A stretch of 64,000 bases of DNA from Bacteroidota bacterium (lineage in GTDB: Bacteria; Bacteroidota; Bacteroidia; B-17B0; Aurantibacillaceae): the NCBI GenBank assembly GCA_030681615.1, contig JAUXSA010000138.1:7828-71827 (forward strand), given 5' to 3'. A program made the position numbers and the translations under genes. Below the pieces are notes generated by a model. That model was not told the origin of the DNA, made no database searches, and saw nothing but the letters and a program-made list of their open reading frames with translations. This document shows, piece after piece, positions 1-7,900 of this stretch (its first letter is position 1; every line of letters begins with the position of its first letter).

Positions 1-1
1 T

Positions 2-208
2 AAAAATATTGAATTAAGATTTTTGCGCTTTTGCGTTCAAACAAACGCACCAATATTTTTAGGTTACAGTGGTCAAATTGTAGACGACAAAAAAGAGATA
101 CGTAGCGGATATACAAGTTTGGAAGATAAAGATCTTAAAGCGCGTATTAAGGAGTTTATGCAGTCTTCTAAATATTGTGCTAAAGAAGAAAAAGCATTTT
201 TTAAGTAA
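2..208 (+). CDS. 3' end of an unidentified ORF entering from the left edge
   Basis: The frame is open from base 2 to the TAA at 206-208. No motif recognised. It lies directly upstream of crtZ. Confidence 0.3.
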   Translation, partial: KNIELRFLRFCVQTNAPIFLGYSGQIVDDKKEIRSGYTSLEDKDLKARIKEFMQSSKYCAKEEKAFFK

Positions 209-218
209 AAGAAGTGTA

Positions 219-683
219 ATGAATTTAATGATTAATATTTGTATTGTTATTGTTTCGTTTGTAGCCATGGAAGGTGTAGCATGGCTTGCGCATAAATATA
301 TTATGCATGGCTTGTTATGGAAATTACACAAAGATCATCATGTGCCGCACGATAACAAAACGTTCGAACATAACGATTCTTTCTTTTTTATTTTTGCTAC
401 ACCTGCAATTATTTGTTTTGCTTTTGGTTTTCAAGACTTTTCTATCCCATTTTGGATAGGCCTTGGTATTACTTTTTATGGATTTGCTTATTTTTTCATT
501 CATGATATTTTTATACATCAGCGTATAAAATTACTGCGAAACGCTAATTCAATTTATTTTAGGGCTATTCGAAAAGCGCATAAAGTACACCATAAACATT
601 TGGGTAAAGAAGATGGAGAATGTTTTGGTATGCTTTGGGCACCATTAAAATATTTTAAAGACGTTAAAAAAAATGCCGGCTAA
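219..683 (+). CDS. crtZ: beta-carotene hydroxylase (CrtZ family, fatty-acid hydroxylase superfamily)
   Basis: His-box motifs HKDHHVPHD, HDIFIHQR and HKVHHKH between TM segments. Length is typical. The track ORF starts at 177; the ATG at 219 (MNLMINI) avoids overlap with the upstream ORF. Confidence 0.85.
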   Translation: MNLMINICIVIVSFVAMEGVAWLAHKYIMHGLLWKLHKDHHVPHDNKTFEHNDSFFFIFATPAIICFAFGFQDFSIPFWIGLGITFYGFAYFFIHDIFIHQRIKLLRNANSIYFRAIRKAHKVHHKHLGKEDGECFGMLWAPLKYFKDVKKNAG

Positions 684-1362
684 TTTAACCTACCTGTTAA
701 TTAATATTGGAGCATTTATTGTTCCTTTTATTTTTAGTTTTCATCCAAAAATTAATTTTTATAAGTTTTGGCCCGGTTTCTGGCCTGCAAATTTACTGAT
801 ATCAGTTATTTTTCTAGCTTGGGATATTCTTTATACTAAGATCGGTGTTTGGGGTTTTAATGATCGTTATATCTTAGGCGTTAAATTGTTTAACCTCCCG
901 CTGGAAGAAGTACTGTTTTTTATTTGTATTCCCTACTCAAGTGTATTCACATATCATTGCTTTAATTTATTTTATCCAAAGTTAAAAACCTATTCGGTTG
1001 GTTTAATATCTTCTATTTTAGTTATAGGCTTATTAATTGTAGGTTTTTTTAATGTTGCAAAGTTATATACGTGCATTACGTTTTTGGCCCTTGCTTTAAT
1101 GATCATTGATGTTGCTTTCATTCAAAAAGAAAAATGGCTGTCAGCTTTTTATTTTATGTTTCTTATAATATTGTTTCCTTTTTTTATCGTAAATGGAATT
1201 CTTACGGGCACGGGAATAGAAGAGCCTGTAGTTTGGTATAATAACGAAGAAAATCTTGGAATAAGAATACTCACAATTCCTATTGAAGATTTTTTTTATG
1301 GAATGCTCTTATTGTTGCTGAATATTTTTGCATTTGAAAAATTAAAGAAAAAAAATGCTTAA
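673..1362 (+). CDS. lycopene cyclase domain protein (fused CrtYc/CrtYd-type heterodimeric cyclase)
   Basis: Polytopic 229 aa protein with two halves, each carrying the PxEE-type motif (LPLEEVLFF and IPIEDFFYG). It overlaps the crtZ stop by 11 nt. Confidence 0.8.
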   Translation: MPANLTYLLINIGAFIVPFIFSFHPKINFYKFWPGFWPANLLISVIFLAWDILYTKIGVWGFNDRYILGVKLFNLPLEEVLFFICIPYSSVFTYHCFNLFYPKLKTYSVGLISSILVIGLLIVGFFNVAKLYTCITFLALALMIIDVAFIQKEKWLSAFYFMFLIILFPFFIVNGILTGTGIEEPVVWYNNEENLGIRILTIPIEDFFYGMLLLLLNIFAFEKLKKKNA

Positions 1363-2464
1363 AAAGAGGATTCTGATATTTCCTTTTGATCTTATGTCGC
1401 ACTACCTGCGGTGTATTACTTTAGCTCAAAATTATAAAGAGTATGATATTTTATTCGCTCATTCAGATAAATATGATGTTTTTGTAAAAAAGGCAGGCTT
1501 TGGTTCATTCAAAGTAGAAACATTTAATTCCCAGGAAGTAATGAACTGTGCTGGAAAATTTGATTTTTCGTGGCTAAATTTAAATAGTATAGAAAATATT
1601 TTTTTAGCACAAAAGCAGGTTATTAAAGACTATAAGCCTTACATGGTAATTGGTGATACATCTCCAACCTTAAAGATGGCTGCTGAAATTTTAGGTGTTA
1701 AATACATTTCCCTGATGAATGGTTATATGACCAGGTTTTATGCTCATGTAAGGCCTGTATCACGAAATCATTATAGCTATCAATATGTTTCAAAGCTGCC
1801 ACCCAAAATTGCAGATACAATAACAGCATTTGCCGAGAGAATGGCATTTAAGCAAATACATAAACCATTTCGCAACATAAGAAAAAAGTACGGACTCAGA
1901 AATATTACGGATTACCTCAGTGAGCTTGAAGGTGATGAAAATTTAATTTGCGATGAAATTTATTTGTTTCCCCAAAAAAATTTACCTAAAAATTATAAAG
2001 TAATTGGTCCGCTGCTTTTTTCATCAAAGCAGGACGAGTTACCGTTATTAGCTCAACTGGACCAAACAAAGCCAACTATTTGTGTGTGTTTGGGCAGTAG
2101 TGGCAATATAAAAGCATTATCCTTTTTATCGGAAAAAGAATATTCGTGTGTAAATATTATTGTAGCAGGAGATCAAGAGCAGGTAATAAACGGAAATCAT
2201 GTTTATCATAAAGATTTTGTAAACCTTGAAAAGATCTTGCCAAGATGTTCTTTTTTAATTTGCCATGGAGGAAATGGAACAATATACGAAGCGCTAAGAC
2301 ATAAAACATATATGCTTTGTTTAACAAGCCATTTTGAGCAAGAATGGAATGTTAAGCGTATCGAACAATTAAATTTAGGAATTCTGATTGATGATTCACC
2401 TCAGGAATTAATAAACAAACAATTGGAATTAGTAGTACAAAATAAAAAAGCCATTGTTTTATAA
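1355..2464 (+). CDS. GT1-family (UDP-glycosyltransferase/MGT-like) glycosyltransferase, possible carotenoid glycosyltransferase
   Basis: C-terminal nucleotide-sugar signature ...FLICHGGNGTIYEAL...HFEQEWN. It overlaps the cyclase stop by 8 nt. Confidence 0.75.
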   Translation: MLKKRILIFPFDLMSHYLRCITLAQNYKEYDILFAHSDKYDVFVKKAGFGSFKVETFNSQEVMNCAGKFDFSWLNLNSIENIFLAQKQVIKDYKPYMVIGDTSPTLKMAAEILGVKYISLMNGYMTRFYAHVRPVSRNHYSYQYVSKLPPKIADTITAFAERMAFKQIHKPFRNIRKKYGLRNITDYLSELEGDENLICDEIYLFPQKNLPKNYKVIGPLLFSSKQDELPLLAQLDQTKPTICVCLGSSGNIKALSFLSEKEYSCVNIIVAGDQEQVINGNHVYHKDFVNLEKILPRCSFLICHGGNGTIYEALRHKTYMLCLTSHFEQEWNVKRIEQLNLGILIDDSPQELINKQLELVVQNKKAIVL

Positions 2465-2474
2465 AAACAATGGC
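2444..2474. terminator. hairpin between convergent genes, with a U-run only for the minus-strand transcript
   Basis: 11 bp stem gccattgtttt / aaaacaatggc (2450-2474) with a 3 nt loop. The A-run at 2444-2449 reads as a T-run on the minus strand. Confidence 0.5.
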
Positions 2475-2492
2475 TTAAGATCAATATTTTTT

Positions 2493-3476
2493 TTACCAAC
2501 CCAATATCCATGCAAATATTAATGGCGCAACAATTGTTGCATCACTTTCTACAATAAATTTTGGTGTATTAATATCTAATTTACCCCAGGTAATTTTTTC
2601 GTTTGGCACCGCCCCTGAATAAGAACCATATGAGGTAGTTGAATCAGAGATCTGGCAAAAATAACTCCAGAAAGGAATGTTTGTCATTTCCATATCCTGG
2701 TATAACATGGGTACAACACAAATTGGGAAATCGCCTGCGATACCACCACCAATTTGAAAAAAGCCTACGCCTTTACCACCACTGTTCTTTGGATACCAAT
2801 CTGCCAACCAGGCCATATATTCAATACCACTTTTCATGGTGCTTGCTTTTATTTCGTTCTTAATAACATAAGAAGCAAAAATATTTCCCATTGTACTATC
2901 TTCCCAACCCGGAACAACCATTGGTAAGTTACGTTCTGCCGCAGCTAGCATCCAACTGTCTTTTGGATCGATCTCATAATACTGTTTTAATTCGCCACTC
3001 AATAAAATCTTGTACATAAATTCATGTGGAAAAAAACGCTCTCCTTTTGTATCCGCATCTTTCCAGATCTTATAAATATGTTTTTGTAAACGACGGAATG
3101 CTTCTTCTTCAGGAATACAAGTATCTGTAACGCGGTTGTAGTGGTTCTCTAAAAGATCCCACTCGTCCTGCGGCGAAAGATCGCGGTAATTCGGAACACG
3201 TTTGTAATGGCTGTGTGCTACCAAATTCATAATATCTTCTTCTAAGTTAGCACCCGTACAAGAAATAATATCAATTTTTCCCTGGCGGATCATTTCTGCC
3301 AATGATTTTCCTAACTCGGCTGTGCTCATGGCACCTGCAAGAGTAACCATCATTTTACCACCTTCGGTTAAATGGGTTTCATAACCTTTAGCAGCATCAA
3401 CTAAAGCTGCGGCGTTAAAATGTTTATAATGAGTTTCTACAAATTTTGAAACCGGACCTTTATTTGCTGCTGACAT
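2493..3476 (-). CDS. deoxyhypusine synthase family protein (bacterial DHS/homospermidine-synthase-like)
   Basis: Full-length similarity pattern to DHS: ...VTLAGAMSTAELG...IDIISCTGANLEEDI...GGGIAGDFPI... 327 aa. Confidence 0.85.
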   Translation of the reverse strand: MSAANKGPVSKFVETHYKHFNAAALVDAAKGYETHLTEGGKMMVTLAGAMSTAELGKSLAEMIRQGKIDIISCTGANLEEDIMNLVAHSHYKRVPNYRDLSPQDEWDLLENHYNRVTDTCIPEEEAFRRLQKHIYKIWKDADTKGERFFPHEFMYKILLSGELKQYYEIDPKDSWMLAAAERNLPMVVPGWEDSTMGNIFASYVIKNEIKASTMKSGIEYMAWLADWYPKNSGGKGVGFFQIGGGIAGDFPICVVPMLYQDMEMTNIPFWSYFCQISDSTTSYGSYSGAVPNEKITWGKLDINTPKFIVESDATIVAPLIFAWILGW

Positions 3477-3495
3477 AGTTTTTATTTTAGAAGGG

Positions 3496-3503
3496 CAAAG
3501 ATA
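3496..3503 (-). promoter_or_regulatory. Bacteroidota -7 promoter box TAtcTTTG
   Basis: The plus strand reads caaagata, 20 nt upstream of the DHS start codon. Confidence 0.45.
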
Positions 3504-3547
3504 AAATTTTTACTGAATAGCCCTTATTAAATAAAGGTTAAATGCTA

Positions 3548-4258
3548 TCAATTTAAGAGAACATTTTGGACATCCCTTCTGTATTTTTTCTTTTGAACGC
3601 CATAATACTTGATATCGCGGTATATTTGCCTGAAATCTATCCAAACCCCAAGCGAATAATATAAACCGTCATAATCAAGCAAATTCTGTTTGTAAGGAAT
3701 ATAACGGTAGCCGATCATTGAGGAGATACCTATCCATCTCGCAGGTTTAACAATAAACTTAACGCCCGCACCCAATGGTACGAACCATTTAGAGATGTTA
3801 CTGATCCCGGTTGCAGATGTATCGCGCAGATTTGCCTTGAAACCACCAACACCTACTTCAAAAGGCAGGTCTATTTCGAGATAACGCCGGTTCAATAAAA
3901 AATATTCGTAAAAAACATTCACATATCCAAAACGGTTAAATTCTGAAATAGCATTTAAAGGTGAATTGCTTTTTGAGAATTTTGTGAGCGTGTAAAGACC
4001 TAAACCAAATGTATGGTACTCATTAACAATAATACCTAACTGAAAACCGCTTAAATTAGTTAGGTTTGAAGGAACAAAAGAATTGCGGCTATCAATATTG
4101 GCGTATGGACGCAGTTTTTTAAAACGATAGGTGTGCAAAGAATCGAGCACCAATTTTTTTGTTAAGGAATCTACTTTTTGTTTTGTTAAGGAATCGCTTT
4201 GCGCAAACGAAATTTGTATAAAAAGCAGGGTAGTTATAAACGCAAAAAAGATCCTCAT
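3548..4258 (-). CDS. hypothetical secreted/outer-membrane beta-barrel-like protein
   Basis: Signal peptide (FAQS), alternating hydrophobic pattern, aromatic-rich C-terminal half. Shares the DSRNSF motif with ORF 49406-50077. Confidence 0.5.
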   Translation of the reverse strand: MRIFFAFITTLLFIQISFAQSDSLTKQKVDSLTKKLVLDSLHTYRFKKLRPYANIDSRNSFVPSNLTNLSGFQLGIIVNEYHTFGLGLYTLTKFSKSNSPLNAISEFNRFGYVNVFYEYFLLNRRYLEIDLPFEVGVGGFKANLRDTSATGISNISKWFVPLGAGVKFIVKPARWIGISSMIGYRYIPYKQNLLDYDGLYYSLGVWIDFRQIYRDIKYYGVQKKKYRRDVQNVLLN

Positions 4259-4368
4259 TAGTTCTTTGATATTAAATTTTGAAGAAAGTTTAACTTAAAA
4301 TTTGCTCTTTTTTTGCGCATGTAAACGAAATTACACAAAAAAGGCGAATTGATCTTGATCAAAAAAAG

Positions 4369-4836
4369 TTAAACTGTGGTCTTAAACTGCGAGCTGAAAA
4401 TTTCGCAGGCTTTATACACCAATTGAAAAACATCCTCAAAACCTTGTTCGGTGCCATAATATGGATCGGGTACCTCAAGATCTTTGCCGGGATAAACAGC
4501 ATTTAAAAATAAACTTACTTTATCTTTTTGCTTTTGATCTTTTGCAAGGGCTAAAACATTTCTTAAGTTGCTGTGATCCATTACATAGATCTTATCAAAA
4601 ATATCAAGATCTTTTTTATCGAACTGTCTTGCCCGAAGTGAAGAAAGATCTACGCCGTTATTTTTTGCGTTAGTAATTGTTCGTTTATCCGGAGCCTCTC
4701 CAATATGATAGCCGGCCGTTCCTGCCGAATCTATTTCTACATTTAAATTGTACTTGTTTTTTAAATGCAACATAATACCTTCGGCTAATGGTGAGCGGCA
4801 GATATTACCCAAACAAACAAAAAGTATTTTTTGCAT
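4369..4836 (-). CDS. low-molecular-weight protein-tyrosine phosphatase
   Basis: P-loop CLGNICRSP near the N-terminus and a DPYY motif. Start chosen at MQKILFV. Confidence 0.85.
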   Translation of the reverse strand: MQKILFVCLGNICRSPLAEGIMLHLKNKYNLNVEIDSAGTAGYHIGEAPDKRTITNAKNNGVDLSSLRARQFDKKDLDIFDKIYVMDHSNLRNVLALAKDQKQKDKVSLFLNAVYPGKDLEVPDPYYGTEQGFEDVFQLVYKACEIFSSQFKTTV

Positions 4837-4873
4837 AGCGTTACTTTTCCGTTCTATCAAAAAGAGAGGAGTA

Positions 4874-6526
4874 CTAATTTTCTTTTACAACAGTTTTTAA
4901 ATTCAAAAGGTTCATAGAGTTATTGCCTAAACCTTTTATTTTATGATTTACCAGACGAATAACCTGGTCGTAATACAACGGAATAACCGGTGCATCATCA
5001 ATGATCATGCGGTCCATTTTTTGATACAGATCAATTTTTATGGCTTCATTTGTTTCACGTTGTGCTTTTTCAAAAGCTTCATCAAATGCTGGATTTTTAT
5101 AGTGAAAATAATTTACACCCTGTGGCGAAAAATTCTTGCTATAAAAAAGTGTCATAAAGTTTTCTTCGTCTGCATAATCGCCTACCCATGATTTTTTAAA
5201 CATCTCGTATTCACAATTGCTTACTGCTTGTGTTAGAACAGATTTTTTTTCGATACTTATTTGTAAATTGATACCGCATTTAGCTAATTCTGATTGAATA
5301 AATTCTACCTGTTCTTTGCTGGCAATATTATCGGTTGTGTGCAAAGTAATTTCTGGTAAACCTTTTCCGCCTGGGTAGCCAGCGTCTTTTAAAAGTTCTC
5401 TTGCAAAATCAGGATTGTAAGAATAGCCTTTTACTTTTGCCGGATCGTAACTTTTCATTCCTTTTGGAATAAAGCCGGCATGAGCAGCAGTACCAATATT
5501 ATTTCTTAAATATTTGATCATTTTATCCCTATCGAAAGCATAGTTAATTGCTTTACGAATGGATTTTAATCTTAAAGGAGAATTACGAACCGATTCAATT
5601 TTTTCATCAATTAAGATCCCGATATAATCTGTTTTTAAAAATGTTTGTTTTTGCAAATAAAATTTACTTGTGTAAATATCCCTTAGATCGCCTTCTTTAT
5701 CCAACACTTCATTAATATTAAAAGCATCGGCGCCACTCAATATATCAAACTTGCCATTGAGTAATTCCATAAAAGCGGTCTCGCGGTCTTTTACAAACGA
5801 AACAGAAACTGCATCTAAGTAGGGGAGGCGAATACCTTTTTCATCCCGTTCAAAATAATTTACATTTTTTACAAGAATAAGTTTGGTACCTTCTTCCCAC
5901 ATTTTAAAAGCAAAAGGACCAGTACCTACAGGATTCCTTCTAAAATCTGTCTTGTAAAATTCAATGGCTTCATAAGGTACAACACTAAAAAATTTCATGG
6001 TTAAAATACTTAGGAAGGCACTGAAAGGTTCTTTTAATCTGATCACCAATGTTGAATCGTTTAATGATTGAAAGCCTTTGTATTCGGTCTTTTCACTCCT
6101 ATCAATATTATTTAATAAAGTAGAGGCACTGCTTACTTTGCTATCATACAAACGATTAAAACTATAAACAAAATCTTTTGCAACTACACGTCTTCCTCTG
6201 GTGCTTTCAAAACATTGGTTGTCCTGGAAATAAACATCGCTTCTTAAATTAAAAGTATAAACCAATCCGTCATCGCTTATAGTAAATTTTCTTGCGATGC
6301 AGGGAATCACATTTAATTGATCATCCATTTGAACAAGACCGTTAAAGATTTGATTTACCGGCCAAATGTTTTCGAAGCTAATAGCGGCGGCAGGATCTAA
6401 CGAAGTTATTCCGGCCATTTCGTTATAGCTAAAAATTGTTCTTGTATCTTTTTGTTGTTCAGGATCTGAACAGGCAAATAAAATAAATAAAGCAACAATT
6501 GGAAAGGAGATTTTTAAGATGCGCAT
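4874..6526 (-). CDS. ABC transporter substrate-binding protein (family 5, peptide/nickel type), lipoprotein
   Basis: Lipobox LFACS, 550 aa, family-5 SBP-like sequence throughout. No permease genes adjacent. Confidence 0.7.
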   Translation of the reverse strand: MRILKISFPIVALFILFACSDPEQQKDTRTIFSYNEMAGITSLDPAAAISFENIWPVNQIFNGLVQMDDQLNVIPCIARKFTISDDGLVYTFNLRSDVYFQDNQCFESTRGRRVVAKDFVYSFNRLYDSKVSSASTLLNNIDRSEKTEYKGFQSLNDSTLVIRLKEPFSAFLSILTMKFFSVVPYEAIEFYKTDFRRNPVGTGPFAFKMWEEGTKLILVKNVNYFERDEKGIRLPYLDAVSVSFVKDRETAFMELLNGKFDILSGADAFNINEVLDKEGDLRDIYTSKFYLQKQTFLKTDYIGILIDEKIESVRNSPLRLKSIRKAINYAFDRDKMIKYLRNNIGTAAHAGFIPKGMKSYDPAKVKGYSYNPDFARELLKDAGYPGGKGLPEITLHTTDNIASKEQVEFIQSELAKCGINLQISIEKKSVLTQAVSNCEYEMFKKSWVGDYADEENFMTLFYSKNFSPQGVNYFHYKNPAFDEAFEKAQRETNEAIKIDLYQKMDRMIIDDAPVIPLYYDQVIRLVNHKIKGLGNNSMNLLNLKTVVKEN

Positions 6527-6616
6527 AACACAAATATCTCAATTGCAGCGCACGAAATTACCTGTAAGCTGTGCAATTATGCACAAGCGGTTGTGAAAAG
6601 AGTATTTATAATGAAT

Positions 6617-7852
6617 TTAAGGGGCAACTGCAGCAGGGTCTTTTTCCTTGCTTGCCGCGTCAAAATTAAAGCTCAGGGTTATTCTCCAGGTACGTTGAAG
6701 CGGGTTATTTAATAAAGTTGGGATCAAATAAGAACCATCTACATTAATAACTTTAAATTTAAAACCCATACCTACAGTAAAGAACTGGCGTGAACCTTTT
6801 GTTTTTGGTTCGTAAAAATAACCTGTTCTTACAGCAAAAGTGTTATTGTACCAATACTCAAGACCAGTGCAAATGTTTACTTCCTGTAACTCTTCTTTAA
6901 ATCCACCCGGGGCATCATTAAAGGATTGAAGAATACCTTGTGCTACCGGCACATTGGGGTCTTTTCCTTTTTCAATTACTTTGGCGTTTGTGGCCGGGTC
7001 AATTTCAATTTCGGTTGTTGGGTTACCGTTAGCGTCTTTTTTGTATTTGTAAATTGGTGGGGTAGGCACTAACAATTTATTAAAATCAACATACACACCT
7101 ATTGTATTAAACTCATCAATATCTGTTTTTAAACCGTTACCCAAACGCATATTCATTGGAATAAAGTTTTGATCGTTTGAGTATTTAATTTTTGCACCAA
7201 TATTAGTAAAGGCTAAACCACCGGTGTATACCGCTTTTTTCTCGCCCATTTTAAATTTATTGGATTTGTAATACATGCTCACGTCAACAGCGGCAGTACT
7301 TGCAGCGTTTCCCTGGCTTCCGTTAAAATAAACGCGACTAATACTTGAATTAATGTAACGCATAGCAACACCTAAAGCAAAATGATCGGATAATTTTTGA
7401 GAAACAGCAAGATCGACCGCAAATTCGTTTGGTTTAAAATCGCCTGTTTTTACGCCGGTTGCATTGGTAAGTTCAATATTACCCAAACTAAAGTAGCGTA
7501 AAGAACCACCAATAGCCGTTCTTTTATTAACCTTGGCGTAACCACCCAAATAATACAAATTAATATCAGGCACCAATAATCTTAACCATGGGGTAACAGT
7601 AAAACCTACACCAAATTTTTTATCGGTAAAAGCCAGTTTACTGCCATTCCAATGGATGGAGTTAATATCAGGATCGGTGGCAGCGCCAACATCTCCCATG
7701 CCTCCTTGTTTACTGTCAGGACTGATTAATAAGAAAGGAACCGCTGTAGTTATAGGGTTGATGGTTTGCCCACCAATTTGCGAACTGCTGATCTGCCCAA
7801 ATACAGATCTGGTGGCAAGAACACATGTTATTATTAAGATACTTTTATTCAT
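6617..7852 (-). CDS. porV: type IX secretion system outer-membrane channel protein PorV
   Basis: Signal peptide, N-terminal ...PFLLISPDSKQGGMGDVG... motif, beta-barrel pattern, and position immediately downstream of porU. Confidence 0.8.
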   Translation of the reverse strand: MNKSILIITCVLATRSVFGQISSSQIGGQTINPITTAVPFLLISPDSKQGGMGDVGAATDPDINSIHWNGSKLAFTDKKFGVGFTVTPWLRLLVPDINLYYLGGYAKVNKRTAIGGSLRYFSLGNIELTNATGVKTGDFKPNEFAVDLAVSQKLSDHFALGVAMRYINSSISRVYFNGSQGNAASTAAVDVSMYYKSNKFKMGEKKAVYTGGLAFTNIGAKIKYSNDQNFIPMNMRLGNGLKTDIDEFNTIGVYVDFNKLLVPTPPIYKYKKDANGNPTTEIEIDPATNAKVIEKGKDPNVPVAQGILQSFNDAPGGFKEELQEVNICTGLEYWYNNTFAVRTGYFYEPKTKGSRQFFTVGMGFKFKVINVDGSYLIPTLLNNPLQRTWRITLSFNFDAASKEKDPAAVAP

Positions 7853-7900
7853 TCAATTGTTTCGGATAAGCCGTGTAAACAAAGATAAACGGCAAATTTA

